Assembly (NCBI GenBank): GCA_964016885.1
Contig: OZ024742.1
Location: 88,288,001-88,352,000 of the forward strand
DNA length: 64,000 nucleotides
Direction: 5' to 3'
Origin: Eledone cirrhosa
Taxonomy: Eukaryota
The position numbers and the translations under genes were made by a program. The first letter of the stretch is position 1; every line of letters starts with the position of its first letter. The notes below the pieces were generated by a model. It saw only the letters and a program-made list of their open reading frames with translations. It was not told where the DNA came from and searched no databases. This document shows positions 50,070-63,976 of the stretch, one piece after another.

Positions 50070-50472
50070 ATTTATCTCCAACATGCGGCCCGCGAACTAC
50101 TTATCTGTGGCCCGTGGTAGAACCAATATTTCATATCGCATTATAACTGGTGAAAATAAGGCGGCGAGCTGGTGGAATCGTTAGCACATCTGGCGAAATG
50201 CTTAACGGTACTTCTTCTGTTTTTACGTTCTGAGTTCAAATTCCGCCGATCTCAACTTTGCCTTATATCATTTTGGGGTCGAAGAATTACGTACCAGTTG
50301 TGTACTAGGATCGATGCAATCGACTGAATTCTAAACCCCAAATGTCATGTCTTGTTCCTATAGTAGAAATGATTATAACTGGTGAAAATATTCACCCACC
50401 ACCACGTTTGGACCATTGTGCCTCTCCTCCAGGACGTAATAGCCATTTTGTGTCCTTTAGTTTGAGACCCCT
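50070..50472. mobile_element. Small hAT-like MITE interrupted by a SINE
   Basis: Left end tctccaacatgcggcccgcg...gtggcccg and right end agtttgagacccct resemble Charlie/MER-type termini. TSD not clear. Confidence 0.5.
50159..50371 (+). mobile_element. tRNA-derived SINE (family 1 relative), 19-bp TSD
   Basis: ggcggcgagctggtggaatcgttagc...gagttcaaattcc...ctttgcc...gtaccag...ccttgttcctatagtagaaa-like 3' end. TSD attataactggtgaaaata at 50140-50158 and 50372-50390. Confidence 0.9.
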
Positions 50473-50504
50473 CTTCTACACACACCCATACACATACGTA
50501 TTTT

Positions 50505-50760
50505 AGTTTTTTCCTGACTCAGGACTACGCCCATGCTGGGGCATCACCTTGGTAAGTTATGGGGACGTCAACAAACCAAAAAGCATTGGTGGGAGGGCAA
50601 ACACAAACGCAAAGACACACACAGACATATATAAATATATAAGACGGGTCTCTTTTAGTTTCGATCTCTCAAATCCACTCACAGGGCTTTGGTCGGCTCG
50701 GGCAGTGGGACTGAACCCGGAAATATATGGTTGGGAAACAAGCTTCTTGTCACACTGCAT
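50505..50760 (-). mobile_element. tRNA-derived SINE family 2, degenerate with internal deletion
   Basis: Minus strand reads gtgtgacaagaagcttgtttcccaacc...ccgggttcagtcccactgc...ccgaccaaagccctgtgagtggatttg. This resembles a common octopus SINE as recalled, not searched. Confidence 0.65.
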
Positions 50761-51285
50761 ATTTATATATATATATATATATATATAAATGAAAGGTATA
50801 GAAAACACTGCAGCGAAAAGCGAACAGCATTCCATAATATATAGGTGACTATAGCGTCAAAATGGGAACAATAGTTAACGTAAGATGTGCGAAAAATAAT
50901 TCAAACTCATCTCAAAGAGAATGGGGATATAAATTCATCCACACAATTTAGTGAAATCCAGGGAAAAATCAATAGAGCCTTAACTCATGATAAAATAAAG
51001 TCTAAAATACTCATCCTTCAATTTGGAAAAACTTCAAATGCTCTGTATAGTCTTAAAGGCTATTTCAAGAAAACTTTCAGTGGAGATGGTCAGGGTTGGA
51101 GTTCATCATCAGCAGAGCTCAACTCGATAACCAGGCCTCTCCCAGATTAATATGCCAAAAAGGGAATTCTAAAACTGGCCAGTTCAACATCATGCGTGAT
51201 TATGAAAAACGCACATGAGGAAATACATGGCTATTGACGTCAGAATGAGACGAATGTCTGTTTATGTGTGTGTGTGTGGGTGTGT

Positions 51286-51319
<34 letters not shown>

Positions 51320-51491
51320 CTGTATAATATATATTATACACACACACATATATATATATATATATAAAACGTTACACACTTAAATATAAATGCAGCTATA
51401 TATATATATACAAATGTATAAATACATAGGTATATACATACGTAAATGTATGTATGTATATAGATTTACATGTATATGTATATGTATGTAG

Positions 51492-51534
<43 letters not shown>

Positions 51535-51557
51535 GATTTATATATATATGTGTATAG

Positions 51558-51652
<95 letters not shown>

Positions 51653-51699
51653 TAAAATAATGAATAAACAAAGAAACAGTTCCTTATATTAAAAAAATT

Positions 51700-51839
51700 C
51701 ATCATTTTACGATCGTTTCTAGGATATATATGTGTTAGTGTTGGTATGCATATTCTATAGATCTATGTAAAATATTTATACAAACTATCAGAGGGAATAT
51801 ACATACCTACACATATATATGCTGTCTTCAGAAATAATG
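51700..51839 (-). ncRNA. Type I hammerhead ribozyme with palindromic stem III and very long stem II
   Basis: Minus strand: CAUUAUUU-CUGAAGA-[105-nt hairpin]-GAAA-CGAUCG-UA-AAAUGAUG. Stem I has 8 bp (one G-U). Predicted cleavage after GUA, between 51708 and 51707. Confidence 0.85.
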
Positions 51840-52281
51840 ATATTTGTTTATTGAAAAAAACAACAAAGATTCAATACAATAGGTCTGTTTGGGAACAGGT
51901 TTTGAATTGACCAATAGAATGATAGTGAAGGTCAAGGTAGTAATATAGTAGTAGAAGAACCTTAAATTATGGGTAGAGGAAGGTAGATTTCAGTTTTGGA
52001 TGGAAAAGAATATTATGAATGAAAGATTATTTTAGGGATGAAAATAGGTCGTATGCTGACCTCAGAAATAATTATATTTGTTCATTGAATAAAACCAACA
52101 AAGATCTAATATAGTCTGTCTGTTTGGTAAGAGGTTTAGAATTAACCAATAGAAAGTTAATAATTGGCCAAATGGTAAAATAGTAGTAATTGAAGCGTAT
52201 TTTAGGGGTAGAATCAGGCAGATTTCAGTTTTGAATGGAGTGTGAAGAATGAGAAGGTTATTTTAGGGGTGAAAATAGGTC
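51818..52281. repeat. Diverged ~232-bp tandem duplication in the Penelope 3' region
   Basis: 51818-52050 versus 52051-52281. Both start tatgctg..tcagaaataa and end tttaggg.tgaaaataggtc. Confidence 0.8.
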
Positions 52282-52568
52282 AGGTCAGTAAAATTTATAC
52301 GAGCAGTTGTTGTTATAAAATAGTAATGCCAATGCAAATATCTAAGGAGACTAAAATTTTACGATAAGAGTATTAGTGAAAAAATACATCTATGAAAAGA
52401 ATATGAATTAATTTAATTGATGGGTATATTTATATTGATAAAATTATACTAATGCATATAGATATGATAAATAAGAGTTAGATGTAGTTGAAGAGTGCTG
52501 TTAAAGATGAGGGGAAATTAAAAGAATATAAAATATATATACATATATATATACATACACACACACAT

Positions 52569-52687
<119 letters not shown>

Positions 52688-52977
52688 TACATCCATATAT
52701 ATATATATACACACATATACATACATACATATACATATAATTATTGGGGGGGGGGATTAAATTTATTAGTGAGAAATAATAAATATATAGAGATTTCAAG
52801 GAACATAGAGTCATAACCTGAAATTAAAGCATTATATATGTTTACTTAATGGTATCAGTTTTAGGAAATGATAGTTGTAAGAAGGAAAGTAAAATGATGT
52901 AGTTCATCAGTAGTAGAATATTAATTATAGTATAACTAAATTAAAAACAGTTTATACATTAATTTCTAAAGTGTATA

Positions 52978-53961
52978 TTAATTGGGTTTATAATATTTAA
53001 AGGTTTTTCTCACTTTATGATTACACGATATTATTAATTCCTGTCGCTTATTTAATAGGATATCCTTAGATTTCATTATTTCAAAAAGTTCTTGGGAACA
53101 TAATCTACATTCATATCTATTATTTTGATAAGGGGTGGCCCTTTTGAGCACACTCCAAGTCAGGTCATAGTCTATATTCCTCTTTCTATAATTATTAATT
53201 ATTTCAGCTAGAGATGTTGTATTAGCTAGTGCAGCATTTTTAAAACTATGTTTGTGGGTATTAAATCTTACCTCAAATTTGTTAGAGGTAGCTCCTATAT
53301 ATGAATAAATTGAGTCCTTAGTTTTAACTTTACATTTATATACTATGTTATTAACAAGGCAATTTCCTTTTAATGGGCAGTTTGCCTTGTTTCTACAGTG
53401 ACAACTTTCCGTGAATCCTGTATCTGAGGAGATATTATGGTTAGTTTGATGTACTGGTGGTATACTCATGTTTTTTTTACATTTATATGCATTATAGGCA
53501 CTTATATTTTGTTTTATGTTTTTGGTTGTTGAGTAGGAGAATTTAACCGTTGATCTATTTAAGATTTGATGGTATTTGTGGTTTGGCGGGAAGTTTTTCT
53601 CTAGGATATTAAATAATTTTTTAGGTATATTATCCTTAATTTGTAAATTAAATGGAGCATTATACCAAGTAACTCGTCTATTACGGTTTCGATGTTGTTT
53701 ATCGTTTTTATAGGATGTATCCTGATGTTTATTAAGAGAATTATTGTTAATGACCTCACCACACACATTTTTAGTTACATTTATTGATTTAGGTGTTTTA
53801 GCTTGTTTATTAGGAGTTTTATTATTAACATTTATTAGAGTTGTAGGATGAGTAGTTTTTTGAGAGTTACTATATTGTATATTAGAAGAGTTAGAGAAAT
53901 TTGGTTTTATATTGGTGTTTTGGGGTATAGTGTGAGTGGCATTTAGGTGTGTATGTTTCAT
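52978..53961 (-). pseudogene. Penelope C-terminal thumb/linker and GIY-YIG endonuclease (open 327-aa remnant)
   Basis: RRVTWYNAPF, NRSTVKFSYS, CHCRNKANCPLKGNC, IVYKCKV...YIGATSNKFEVRFNTH, CRLC..E, LLNKR.E...C.H. Confidence 0.85.
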
Positions 53962-55958
53962 TTGGTGTTTGTTGGTAATATTAGGTTGTATGTTTGTAGT
54001 GTTATTGTAGAAGTTATATATACTAATTTATTATTGTGGCCACTTCTAGCTAGAGCTTCGTTATAAAAGGTTGCATTGACTCTGTTTTCCGTTAATTTTC
54101 ACCGAAAATAGTTTTTGAATGCATCTTCTCTTTTCATGATATCCGGATTACATTGAGTTCTTCATACGGATTGGACACTACCGTAAATTTTTGGTAGATT
54201 TATCTACATATATATATATATATATATAAATCTACATACATACATACATATATACATACATTTACGTATGTATAAAGCTAAGCATTTATACATTTGTACA
54301 TGCAATTATATTTAAGCGTGTAAGCATGTTGATATGATCTATGTCTTCTTTTTTTGGTAAGGAGAACATTTTTGGCGCCCGATTTTATTACCTAGGGAGT
54401 TTAAATACCACACTTCTGGCTGAAAGCTGACCAGGTTCTCAACTTCATGAAACACCAACGCCGGCCTGTGTGTGTATATATGTGTGTGTCTGTATATGTG
54501 TGTATATATGTGTGTGTGTATGTATGTGTGTGTATGTTCACGACCATTGCTTCTTCTTGTCATTTCTGTTGAAGTAGTCCTTACTTTCATTCTCTTCGAT
54601 TTATTTTGATTTTCTTTTATCTCCCTAGGGAATTCGTTGACAAGCTTCTTTAATTTATTTTCTTTGATTTCTTCATTGAAATCACTGACTGTCTAAGAGA
54701 CGTACAAATATGACTTATAAAATTTACCAAACTAAAGGGGCTTCTAGCGCCCTCAAAGTTTCAAACGCCCTCTTACTGCATAACGCATCCTGGAGCTAGC
54801 TACGAAACGCCCCCGGGGGTTATATTCCCCTCGTTGAGGACCTTTAATCTAGAGCTCAATCACTGTCATTCTCAATGATATTGAATGTAAATAAATCCCT
54901 CAAGCTAATAAATGGTGTGAATGCACTGCAAACATTGAAAGAAAGGTCTAGATAATTTTCACATACATGGTCATATGTTCAAACGTTAATTTAATTTGAA
55001 AAAATACTAAGTATTTCAAATATAGTATAGAAAAACATATTTTGTCATATATGTGTAACTAGAAGTGATACTGAACATATAAGTGAAGACAATTTCAAAA
55101 TTATCACCTAAAATGTTTTCTTGTAAATACCAAATCATCTCTGATGGGAATTGTTTGTTTACCAGTGTAATTAATTAATATTTCGACGACACGAAAATAC
55201 AGTATAAGAAGAAAAGTCACACAAAAAGCTCATTGTTTCATTTCTTCTATGTTTTAAGTAATTCTTTCTTCTCTTTAAGATATTGAATGCAATGACATAC
55301 ATATAATACTATTGTACATTTTTTCCGATTGTGCATTAAGTCAAATCTACTTACAAAAATTGGAATTTTTTTTCAGTCTTGTTCTTTTTGTTTCTTTCCA
55401 TTTCATATATTTTCGTTCGCCAATACTGTGTTTACCGCAGATGTACTCTGTAAAATATATCGCCTCTACAATTGATTGCTTTTTAGATACATTAGTTTTG
55501 AAAAAAATGCACATTTTGTGTATAAACCAATCCTGCGTGCAGGAGAAATTGATATTTTACAATACAAATTTACCTTATTTTTCATGAAAATAAAAATAAT
55601 GAAAACTAAAACCCTAAATATATATTTCCTTATGTGTGGAAGACTATAATTAAGAATGAACACCGCTGTTACATGTTTTCCAAATAAACTAGAATCCATA
55701 TTTAACTATGAATAACTTGTTCTTTTTTGCATGCGGTTCTCTTATTTTCATTTTTGGTTTCCACAGAGACGAAGTTATTCAATGCTTATTTGTCAGAGAC
55801 GAAAATGATATACTAAATGTGTCATTCAAAAAAGCAGAACATTTAAACCGATCATAGAATTACTGCATAGGTATGATTTACGACATCGGCAACGAAGATA
55901 TGATAAAGATGATGAAAATGATGGTGAAGATGATGAATCCCAAAAAAATAATAATAAT

Positions 55959-56484
55959 GCTTTCTTTATTAACCACAAAAGATGACATAAGGTATAACAT
56001 TAAAGAGAGCACAGGACGGGGAAAATGGACATATCTACGTGTATATATAAATAGATTAAACAAAAACAAAAGATGTAACAAAAAATGAAACAAGTGATAA
56101 TCCTCCAATAGGTTCACTCATGGAGAAAGCCCATTAAATAAATCACCGTGACCCTGACCACTAGGGCATGTGCTATCTCCCAGTTTTCCACATACAATCT
56201 ACACGCACATACTCAGAGCAGGGCCATTCACTTGGACCAGGCTCGCCTCTCTCACCCATCTTTCAACAAATTACTAGGAAGCGAGCACTTGCCTCTCTAC
56301 CCTGATTTCGTTTTCAAATGGAATTTGAAAAAGTTAATCAGGGCATCGCCGAAGAGGTAAGTGCTCGTCTTCACCCCTTTCACCACTCGACCAATTTTGC
56401 CAAGGCCACCTGCAGATGAAATCTGCCTGCCCTTCCAGTCTAAAGGAAGACGGTGGGGCAATCCTGACGGTGGGGCAATCCTGA
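55959..56484 (-). mobile_element. Tx1 3' fragment with short TAA tail
   Basis: Homologous to 6-540. A 17-bp tandem duplication marks the truncation point (56451-56484). Confidence 0.85.
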
Positions 56485-56509
56485 TAACAGGTGTTGAGGG
56501 TCAAGTCAG

Positions 56510-59500
56510 GCACTCCATAAACATTCTGTGAGAATAGAATTGGCAAGAAAGCCTATAACAGCAGTTGAAAAAGAACCAAACTTCAAGAAGTAAATCATAC
56601 CGCATTGGTCCTCACGCGGATTTCCAAGGACCTCGTCAAGCGTCGAGGAACCACAGCGAGGTAGAAAATTCAGCAAATGGAACAACCCTCTCCCATACAC
56701 CCCACAGAGAGTTTCATCCCGAGGATAGAACTCACATTCGGCCACAGAGTAACGACACCAAATTACGTTAAGAACCCACAACAAACATGGACAAGAGAAG
56801 AAAACAAAAAAGTGATGGCTGCATACTATACTACTATCATGTTTCCGAGAGAGAATTCGTCAACTTAAGAAACTCGTAGTATCTGGAGGATTTCCAATCC
56901 TTACTCCAGGGAATACATGGACATGAATAAGTTAGCTAATGTGAAAAGAGACGTAATGAGGAGCAAAAGACTCACAGAATTAGAATTGGAAACCATCAAA
57001 ACAGACATAAGTGAGCAACGTAACAACCCCAGTCAAGAATGAGTCTTGCATACAACAGAAACAGAGGATGGTGAGAGTATTACAGAAAATCCCACAGATA
57101 AGAAATTCCCTGAATATGAACATGTAGGTGATGGCTCATTGGTTCATGCTGCTGACTGGACAATAAAGGAACATATTTTGAGTGAGTAGGAGATTCTGAA
57201 AATGCAGGTCTTGATAGGCCGGACAAAACTCAAGTAAGTGACTAAAGTCACGCATCAGGTAAAGAAGAAGGTCATCTTAGCTAAGAGTTGATCAGAGGCG
57301 AATACGAAAAATCACTGACACTTGATTACATAACCAGCTGCAATATGCCATTACAATCGTGATTGCTGGCAAGCTGCACACCAAAATACGAACAGGGAAA
57401 ATAAACACGAATGGAATACCCAAATGGCAGAGACAGCCGGAGACAAAATGACAGAGTTAAGGAGAGATGTCTTTCTCGTATCCAAAATAGGTGAGGGAAA
57501 TGACATCCCCCCTCACCACAAAAAAAGAAAAGGCTTTCTAGCGTGAAGAAGAAATACAAGGCCAACCAGGAAGCAGACTGGAATGAAATTGCTGAATCAA
57601 TCAAGCAAAAGATACAGGCAAATGCGCAAAGACTAAGAAGATAAAAAAAGAGAGCTAATTTCTTTAAACAAATCAACATTTTTGCCGAAGATGTCAACAG
57701 ATCTTATTGAGAGTTAGGTGAGAAAATATTGAAATAAGACAAACACCTAGGATAGATAAGGTTGAACAACCCTGGGAAAATATCTGAGGAAAAGCTAAAG
57801 ACCACAACTCCAATGCGAAATGCCTGGAGCAATTAGAAATCCCCGCTTGCACACAGAAATGGAATGAGATCACCTCACAAGAAATAAAAACAGCAGTCAG
57901 CAATGTTGGAAACTGGAAATCTCCGGGCAGAGATAACTTGCAGAATTTCTGGCGGAAGAATCTGGATGTGGTCCACGAAGCCTTCGCTGATGAATTCTCC
58001 AGGATCGTAGCAAACCCAAGAGAGGTCCCAAAGTGGATGAGAACTGGCGTAACGTATCTTCGACGGAAGAATAAATGCGCAGAAAATCCAAAAAACTACA
58101 GACCACTTACATGTCTCCCAATGATGGGCAACCAAATCAGTGATTACCACACAGGGTTTACATTTACCTCGGCTCTGGAGATCTATTGCCACCTAAACAA
58201 AAAGGCTGTAAACGAAAGAGTTGTAGATCAGCTAATGATAAATAGACTCATAACGGAAAAATGCAAAGAGAAAAAGAAAAACATGTCAATGGCCTGTATA
58301 GACTACACTAAGGCATTCGAAAGCTTGCCTAATCCATCAATCATAAACACCCTAGAAATGTATCACATAGCATCTGAGATTAGAACTTTCCTGAGGGAAA
58401 TTATTACAGACTGGAAATCTGCGATGTTCCTTCGAAACAACTACGGACCACTGGAATATAGACAGATTAATCGTTGAATATTCCAAGGTCACTGAATTGA
58501 CCCCTTTGCTGTTCTGTATGTCACTTGCTTCACTAAGTAAGTTACTGCGGAAGACAAACTATGGATATAAAATAGACAGCAGACACTACAGTCACCTTCT
58601 TTATTTGGATAATATAAAGCTATTTCGAAACAATGATGGGCAGCTGGAAGGTTTACTGCAAAGAGTGAACAATTCAGTGATAAGTTACATATTGAATTTG
58701 GACTGAAAAACTGTTCAAAAGCCACATTCAAGCAGGACTGCTCTTTAATCATAAATATATTGTCATACACTAATAAACCACAATAAAGCAACTTAACAAT
58801 GAAGAATTATACAAACTGAAAAGATGGCATCCAGCATTCAAGTATGAAGGAAAAGAAACGGAAGTAGTACATAAGTAGAGTGAAATTGGTAACAAAATAT
58901 GGACTAAACTCCTGCAACAAGTAAAACGCCATTAACAGTATAACAGTACCAGTTGCAACATAGAGCTTTAGCATCATAAACTGGAACATGCAAGAAGTAC
59001 AGAGGTTGGACACCAATACGACTGGAAGCTGCATACAAAACAGCAAACATTGGATTGGATAGCTACCTCCATCACACCCAAAATGAACTTCTTAAGCCTG
59101 TACTCAAGCATGACCGAATTAAATAACTACTCTCAATAACAAACGAGGCAAGTAAATTTAGGCAAAAATTGAACATGAAACAAGGTATACCCATAGAAAA
59201 TCAACATCAGAGTGCTGCACAGCCAGCTATGCCTGTGAAGATCAAAACAAAAAAACTCCAAACAGAGGAACTAAACCGTGAATGGAAAGCAAAATCAGTA
59301 CAGGATAGATTCCAAGTAAGAGTTTCTGACAATTATATCGATCAGCATGGCTCACTGTTCTAGCTCAGAAGTGCTGGTTAGAAATCGGAAACTGGGAGAT
59401 ATTTAGTTGCTGGACAAACCTATCTCTAAACACTCGGGCCTATAGACACAGAATAGTGAAAGATGTGACTCTATGCCAAAAATGCTACACACATGAAGAA

Positions 59501-60111
59501 ACGATCGATCATGATATCTCCGGATGTCCAGAGCTGGAAAGAACTGACTATATCGAAAGACACAGCAGCATTGCCAAATATATGCACTGGATGCACTGCA
59601 AATCTCATAACATCCAACATTCTGACAAATGGTATGAACATCTACCAAAAACAGTCATGGAAAAGGGCAACATATCTACCTTGTTGGAAATGGCTCTGAT
59701 AACCGACCGAGAAATCGCTGCCAACAGACCAGATAGCATCATATAAAACAAAAAGATCGGATATGTAGCCTAATAGATATTGTTTGTACCAGCTGACAAG
59801 AATAGATTTATATACACAACGAAAAAATGTCAAAATACAAAGAACTGGAAAAAGTGATCAACATCATGTGGACGATAATCACAAACTATCCCTGTGGTAA
59901 TAGAAGTATGATTAATATCCAAATAATCAGACATGCACGATAGGTTCCTTACCTGCAAGATCAGCAAATATGAACTACAGAACATCGGGCCACTAGGTAC
60001 AGCACACATTTTCAGGCGAGTTCCCTCTCAACAATGAAAACATCTACTGCCCTAGGTCCGAGGCCTGAGCCCGGCAATGGAGAAAAAAACTTCAGCTAAA
60101 GGATATAACAC
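56510..60111 (+). mobile_element. R4/Dong family C, old and highly degenerate
   Basis: SYRIGPH..FQGPR (shared with family B N-terminus), ENPKNYRPLTCL, IDYTKAFESL, LLYLDNIK, CQKC...ETIDH.ISGC...RH, NRPDSII. Ends in an AAT tail. Confidence 0.82.
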
Positions 60112-60131
60112 AATAATAATAAGAATAAGAA

Positions 60132-60319
60132 TTGTTTCTGCTTTCGGCACAAGACCAGCAATTACACAGTGTATTACTGGTACTTTATTTTATCGACCGC
60201 GTATGGATGAAAGGCAAAGTTAACCTCGGCGGGATTTGAACTCAGAATGGAAAGAGCCGTAACTATTTGCGTCAAAGCATGGCGTCCGACCCTCTACCTA
60301 TACTGCCAATCCACCGCCT

Positions 60320-60320
<1 letters not shown>
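60132..60320 (-). mobile_element. tRNA-derived SINE family 1, full length, within TAA repeats
   Basis: Nearly identical to 41112-41302. Confidence 0.9.

Positions 60321-60373
<53 letters not shown>
60321..60373 (+). repeat. (TAA)n microsatellite
   Basis: Read directly. Confidence 0.98.
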
Positions 60374-63300
60374 CACCACCACCACTGCCTCATTATCGCT
60401 ACCGTCGCTATTCTCACCCACTACCTCCTGCTAGTTGCTGCTAGCACAGCACCGCCACCACCACCACCACCACCACTGCCTCATTATCACTAACGCCGCT
60501 ATTATCCCCCGCTAACCCCTGCTACATCGTAGAATCCCCACTAAAAGTGGAAGGCATCAAAATATATAAATAGACTGAATTGATGACCCGGTCAAAATAA
60601 AAAAAAATAAAATAAAAATCAAAGCAGCACAGCAATAACGAACAACGAAAAACGTAAAGAAAATAAAAGATGAAGAGAAAAACAAACAGACGGACAGAGA
60701 AGGGAAGGGTAAAACTAAGTCAGACATTCAAACACTACATTACAATGAAACTTATGCTTATTCATTTGTTGGGGGGGGGGGGGTTTTGCCTGTTTGTTTG
60801 TTTGTTTATTTATGTTCGTCTACAGCGTGATAATGCCACACAAAAATCACGTGGAGTGACGGAACCACCGGAGACGATGAATTCACCGGTGGTTATGTAA
60901 CCATACATTCGCCAATCCTCGATAAGAGTGTTTAAATGTCGAACCTAAACAGTTCGAATAACGGTGAAATGGAGACTAGAATGTCATGTGACAGACTCCC
61001 ACCCAGCAGGTGCTCCCCGTCTCAGCAGCAGGGACCTGGCTGTCAACCAAAAACTGCTGGTGTCGGAGGAAGAAGAAGAAAGAAAGGGACCAGAACCAAC
61101 TGGATGAAAGAATTGAATAGAACTGTTATGCAATGTTACCTGAAGAGTAACCCCAAGGAGAAAGGCTATAGGAAACGGATGCATAACATCTGGAACGAGA
61201 TTGGTCTATTTAAATTAGATGAACAAAAATTGGCCGGGCAGGCTCGGGTAATAAGAACTAATGGGTGGATAAGCCAGCTGGAACTGGATAAACTGAGCAG
61301 AGAGGTTAGGTTGGAAATGGAGAGGGGAGTATGCCAGGCAAACGAGCAAGTGGGAAATGAAGGTGAAGAGGTTGAGAGAACGGAGGAACCATCCGAAGCA
61401 GACAATGATCTGAATGCTGAAATAAATAATACCTGGAACAAATATACGGCCATTGAGGAGATGAATGCTGACGGGCTAGTACAAGATTTGGTTGATATCC
61501 TAAACTTAGTGGTAGATGAATTGAACAATGATAGTGGGAAACCTATGAACCTAAGATTTGTAGACAGGAAAAAGTTAAAAGAAACAACAGCTAAGGTAAA
61601 CAAAGTCATCCCATACCTTGAGGCGAGGAGCCTTCACCAGTGCAACAATATCCTCAAAGCAACAGCAAATGCGGTGAGGAAATTACTTGGTATAAAAGCG
61701 AGAGGAAACAACAAACAAGAAAGATCGGAGCCTTGGTGGAAGAAACGACTGAATCGTTAAATCATGCAAATGAGAAATGGCATTGGAAAGCTTAGACCCT
61801 ACTGAATGGGACATTAAAAATCATAGACACTAAAAATAGACTGGATATAAAGTCCAAAACTAGGAGGAAAAAGCTAAATATTATCATAGAGGAACTGAAG
61901 CAACGCATTCTAGCAAAGAGTGCAAAAATTAGGTGATACGAGAGCAGAGTCAGTCAGTATAGACAGAACCGCATGTTTGACAACAACCAGAAGATGCTGT
62001 TTGGACAGCTTGAAGGGAAAGAAAGAGGCAACGACTTGATACCTGAGGCGGAACAAACCAAGACATTCTGCAGAGGAATATGGGAGCAGGATGTTAAACA
62101 TAATGACAAGGCAGTGTGGATTGAGACAGTACAAAAGAAGATTAGTGAACAGACACATCAACAAATTGATTTGAGCATCACAGTTGAAACTCTTAAGACG
62201 CTGGCAAAAATCTAACCAACTGGAAATCACCAGGCCCAGATGGTATGTAGGGGTATTGGAGGTATCTTCTAGGGAGATAGTCTGTCCCCTCTGTTGTTTG
62301 TCCTTGCCCTGATGCCCCTGACCATTATACTGCGAAAAGTGAGAGCAGAATACAAGTTGGGAAAGGGAGAGCTTACCATCAATCACCTCCTCCTAATGAA
62401 CGAACTTAAGCTCTTCGGGAAGAGTGAGAAGGAGTTGGATGTGCTTGTTGACACTGTCCGCATTTTCAGCAATGATATAAGTATGCAATTTGGTATTAGT
62501 AAGTGTGGAGTCATTGTGATGAAGAGGGGTAAATTGAGCAGAAGCAACGGAATGCAGGTACCAACAGGTGAGATGATAAAGGAAATTGATACTGAAGAAG
62601 GATACAAGTATTTGGGTGTTCTGGAGGCTGATGACATCAAGAACAAAAAAATGAAGGAATTGATAAGATCTGAATACATTCGGAGAGTAAGGAGCGTATT
62701 AAAGTCACATCTGAACAGTAGGAATGCCATAAGTGCAGTAAATTCCGCAGCTGTGTTACTATTATTAGGTACAGTGCGGGAATTCTGAGATGGAATCTTG
62801 CTGAACAAAATGAAATGGATAGGAAGACTAGGAAGCTATTGACTATCTACAACATGTTCCACAAGAGGAGTGATGTCGATAGACTCTACTTAAGGAGATC
62901 TGAAGGTGGAAGAGGTCGTATCAGCATAGAGGACTGTGTTCAGATGGAGAAAAACAACCTACACAAATACGTGGCTGATAGTATGGAGCCAATGCTCAGA
63001 ACTGTACTGAAGGAGAGGACAATAGACCAGGGGATGTCCAATGAGGAAATAACAAAAAGGAGGAAGAGCAGCCTTCAGGAAAAATCCCTTCATAGTACCT
63101 TCTTTGAGAAAACTGAATTCAGAGATCCACAGACATGGAACTGGTTGAACAGAGGAGACCTTAATAAGGCTACAGAAGGAATGTTAATGGCTGCGCAAGA
63201 GCAGGCCCTCAAAACGAAGTGGTTGAAACACCATATTTACAAGGAGGAGGTTAGCCCACTGTGCAGGATCTGTGGAGTGAGAGAGGAGACTGTGGCTCAC

Positions 63301-63910
63301 ATTGTATCCGAGTGTAAACACCTAGCCCAGACTCACTATAAGGGCTGGAGGCATGATGCGATGGGCAGGGTGATCCACTGGCACCTATTCAAAGTAAACA
63401 ATTTACCACATACTGAGAAGTGGTATGAGCATAAGCCAGAGACGGTGACAGAAAACGATCAGGTGAAGGTGCTGTGGGATTTTAGGATACAGACGGACAA
63501 GAAACTGGAACACAATAGACCTGTCCTTGTGGTTTTGGACAAAGAAAAAAGATCGTGCCTGATTGTGGATGTGACCTGCCCATTCGACACGAGAGTGCAA
63601 GAGAAGGAGAAGGAGAAAATTAACCGATACCAGGACTTAAAGTGGGAGGTAAAAAGGATTTGGAACTGCCATGAAGTCAAAGTGGTCCCGATTGTCATAG
63701 GCGCACTAGGTACTATCTCAAAAAGTTTCCAGGGATGGTTAAAGAAAATTGGCCCCTTCACGCTTTTTGGAACGCTTCAAAAAGCATGCTGGCTGGGAAA
63801 AGCAAGAACCCTCCGATACGTCCTGAATATCTGAGGCTGCAGGTAGTGGCTTGATATTCATTTCAACAAACTTTCCAGTTAACTAACATCAATGACTGAG
63901 ATTCAAAGAA
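60374..63910 (+). mobile_element. R4/Dong family A, partial leader, ~0.53-kb internal RT deletion
   Basis: ORF pieces 60936-61760 (intact N-terminus MSNLNSSNNGEMETR), 62294-62788 and 62815-63834. Deletion junction gtattgga|ggtatc near 62260. Confidence 0.92.
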
Positions 63911-63919
63911 CAATAACAA

Positions 63920-63975
<56 letters not shown>
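63911..63975 (+). repeat. (TAA)n tail
   Basis: Read directly. Confidence 0.97.

Positions 63976-63976
<1 letters not shown>

Noticed and set aside
50159-50260. tRNA genes at SINE heads (also 41210-41300 and 60230-60320)
   Set aside because: A/B-box-like motifs are present, but they continue into a shared SINE body with TSDs and no clean cloverleaf.
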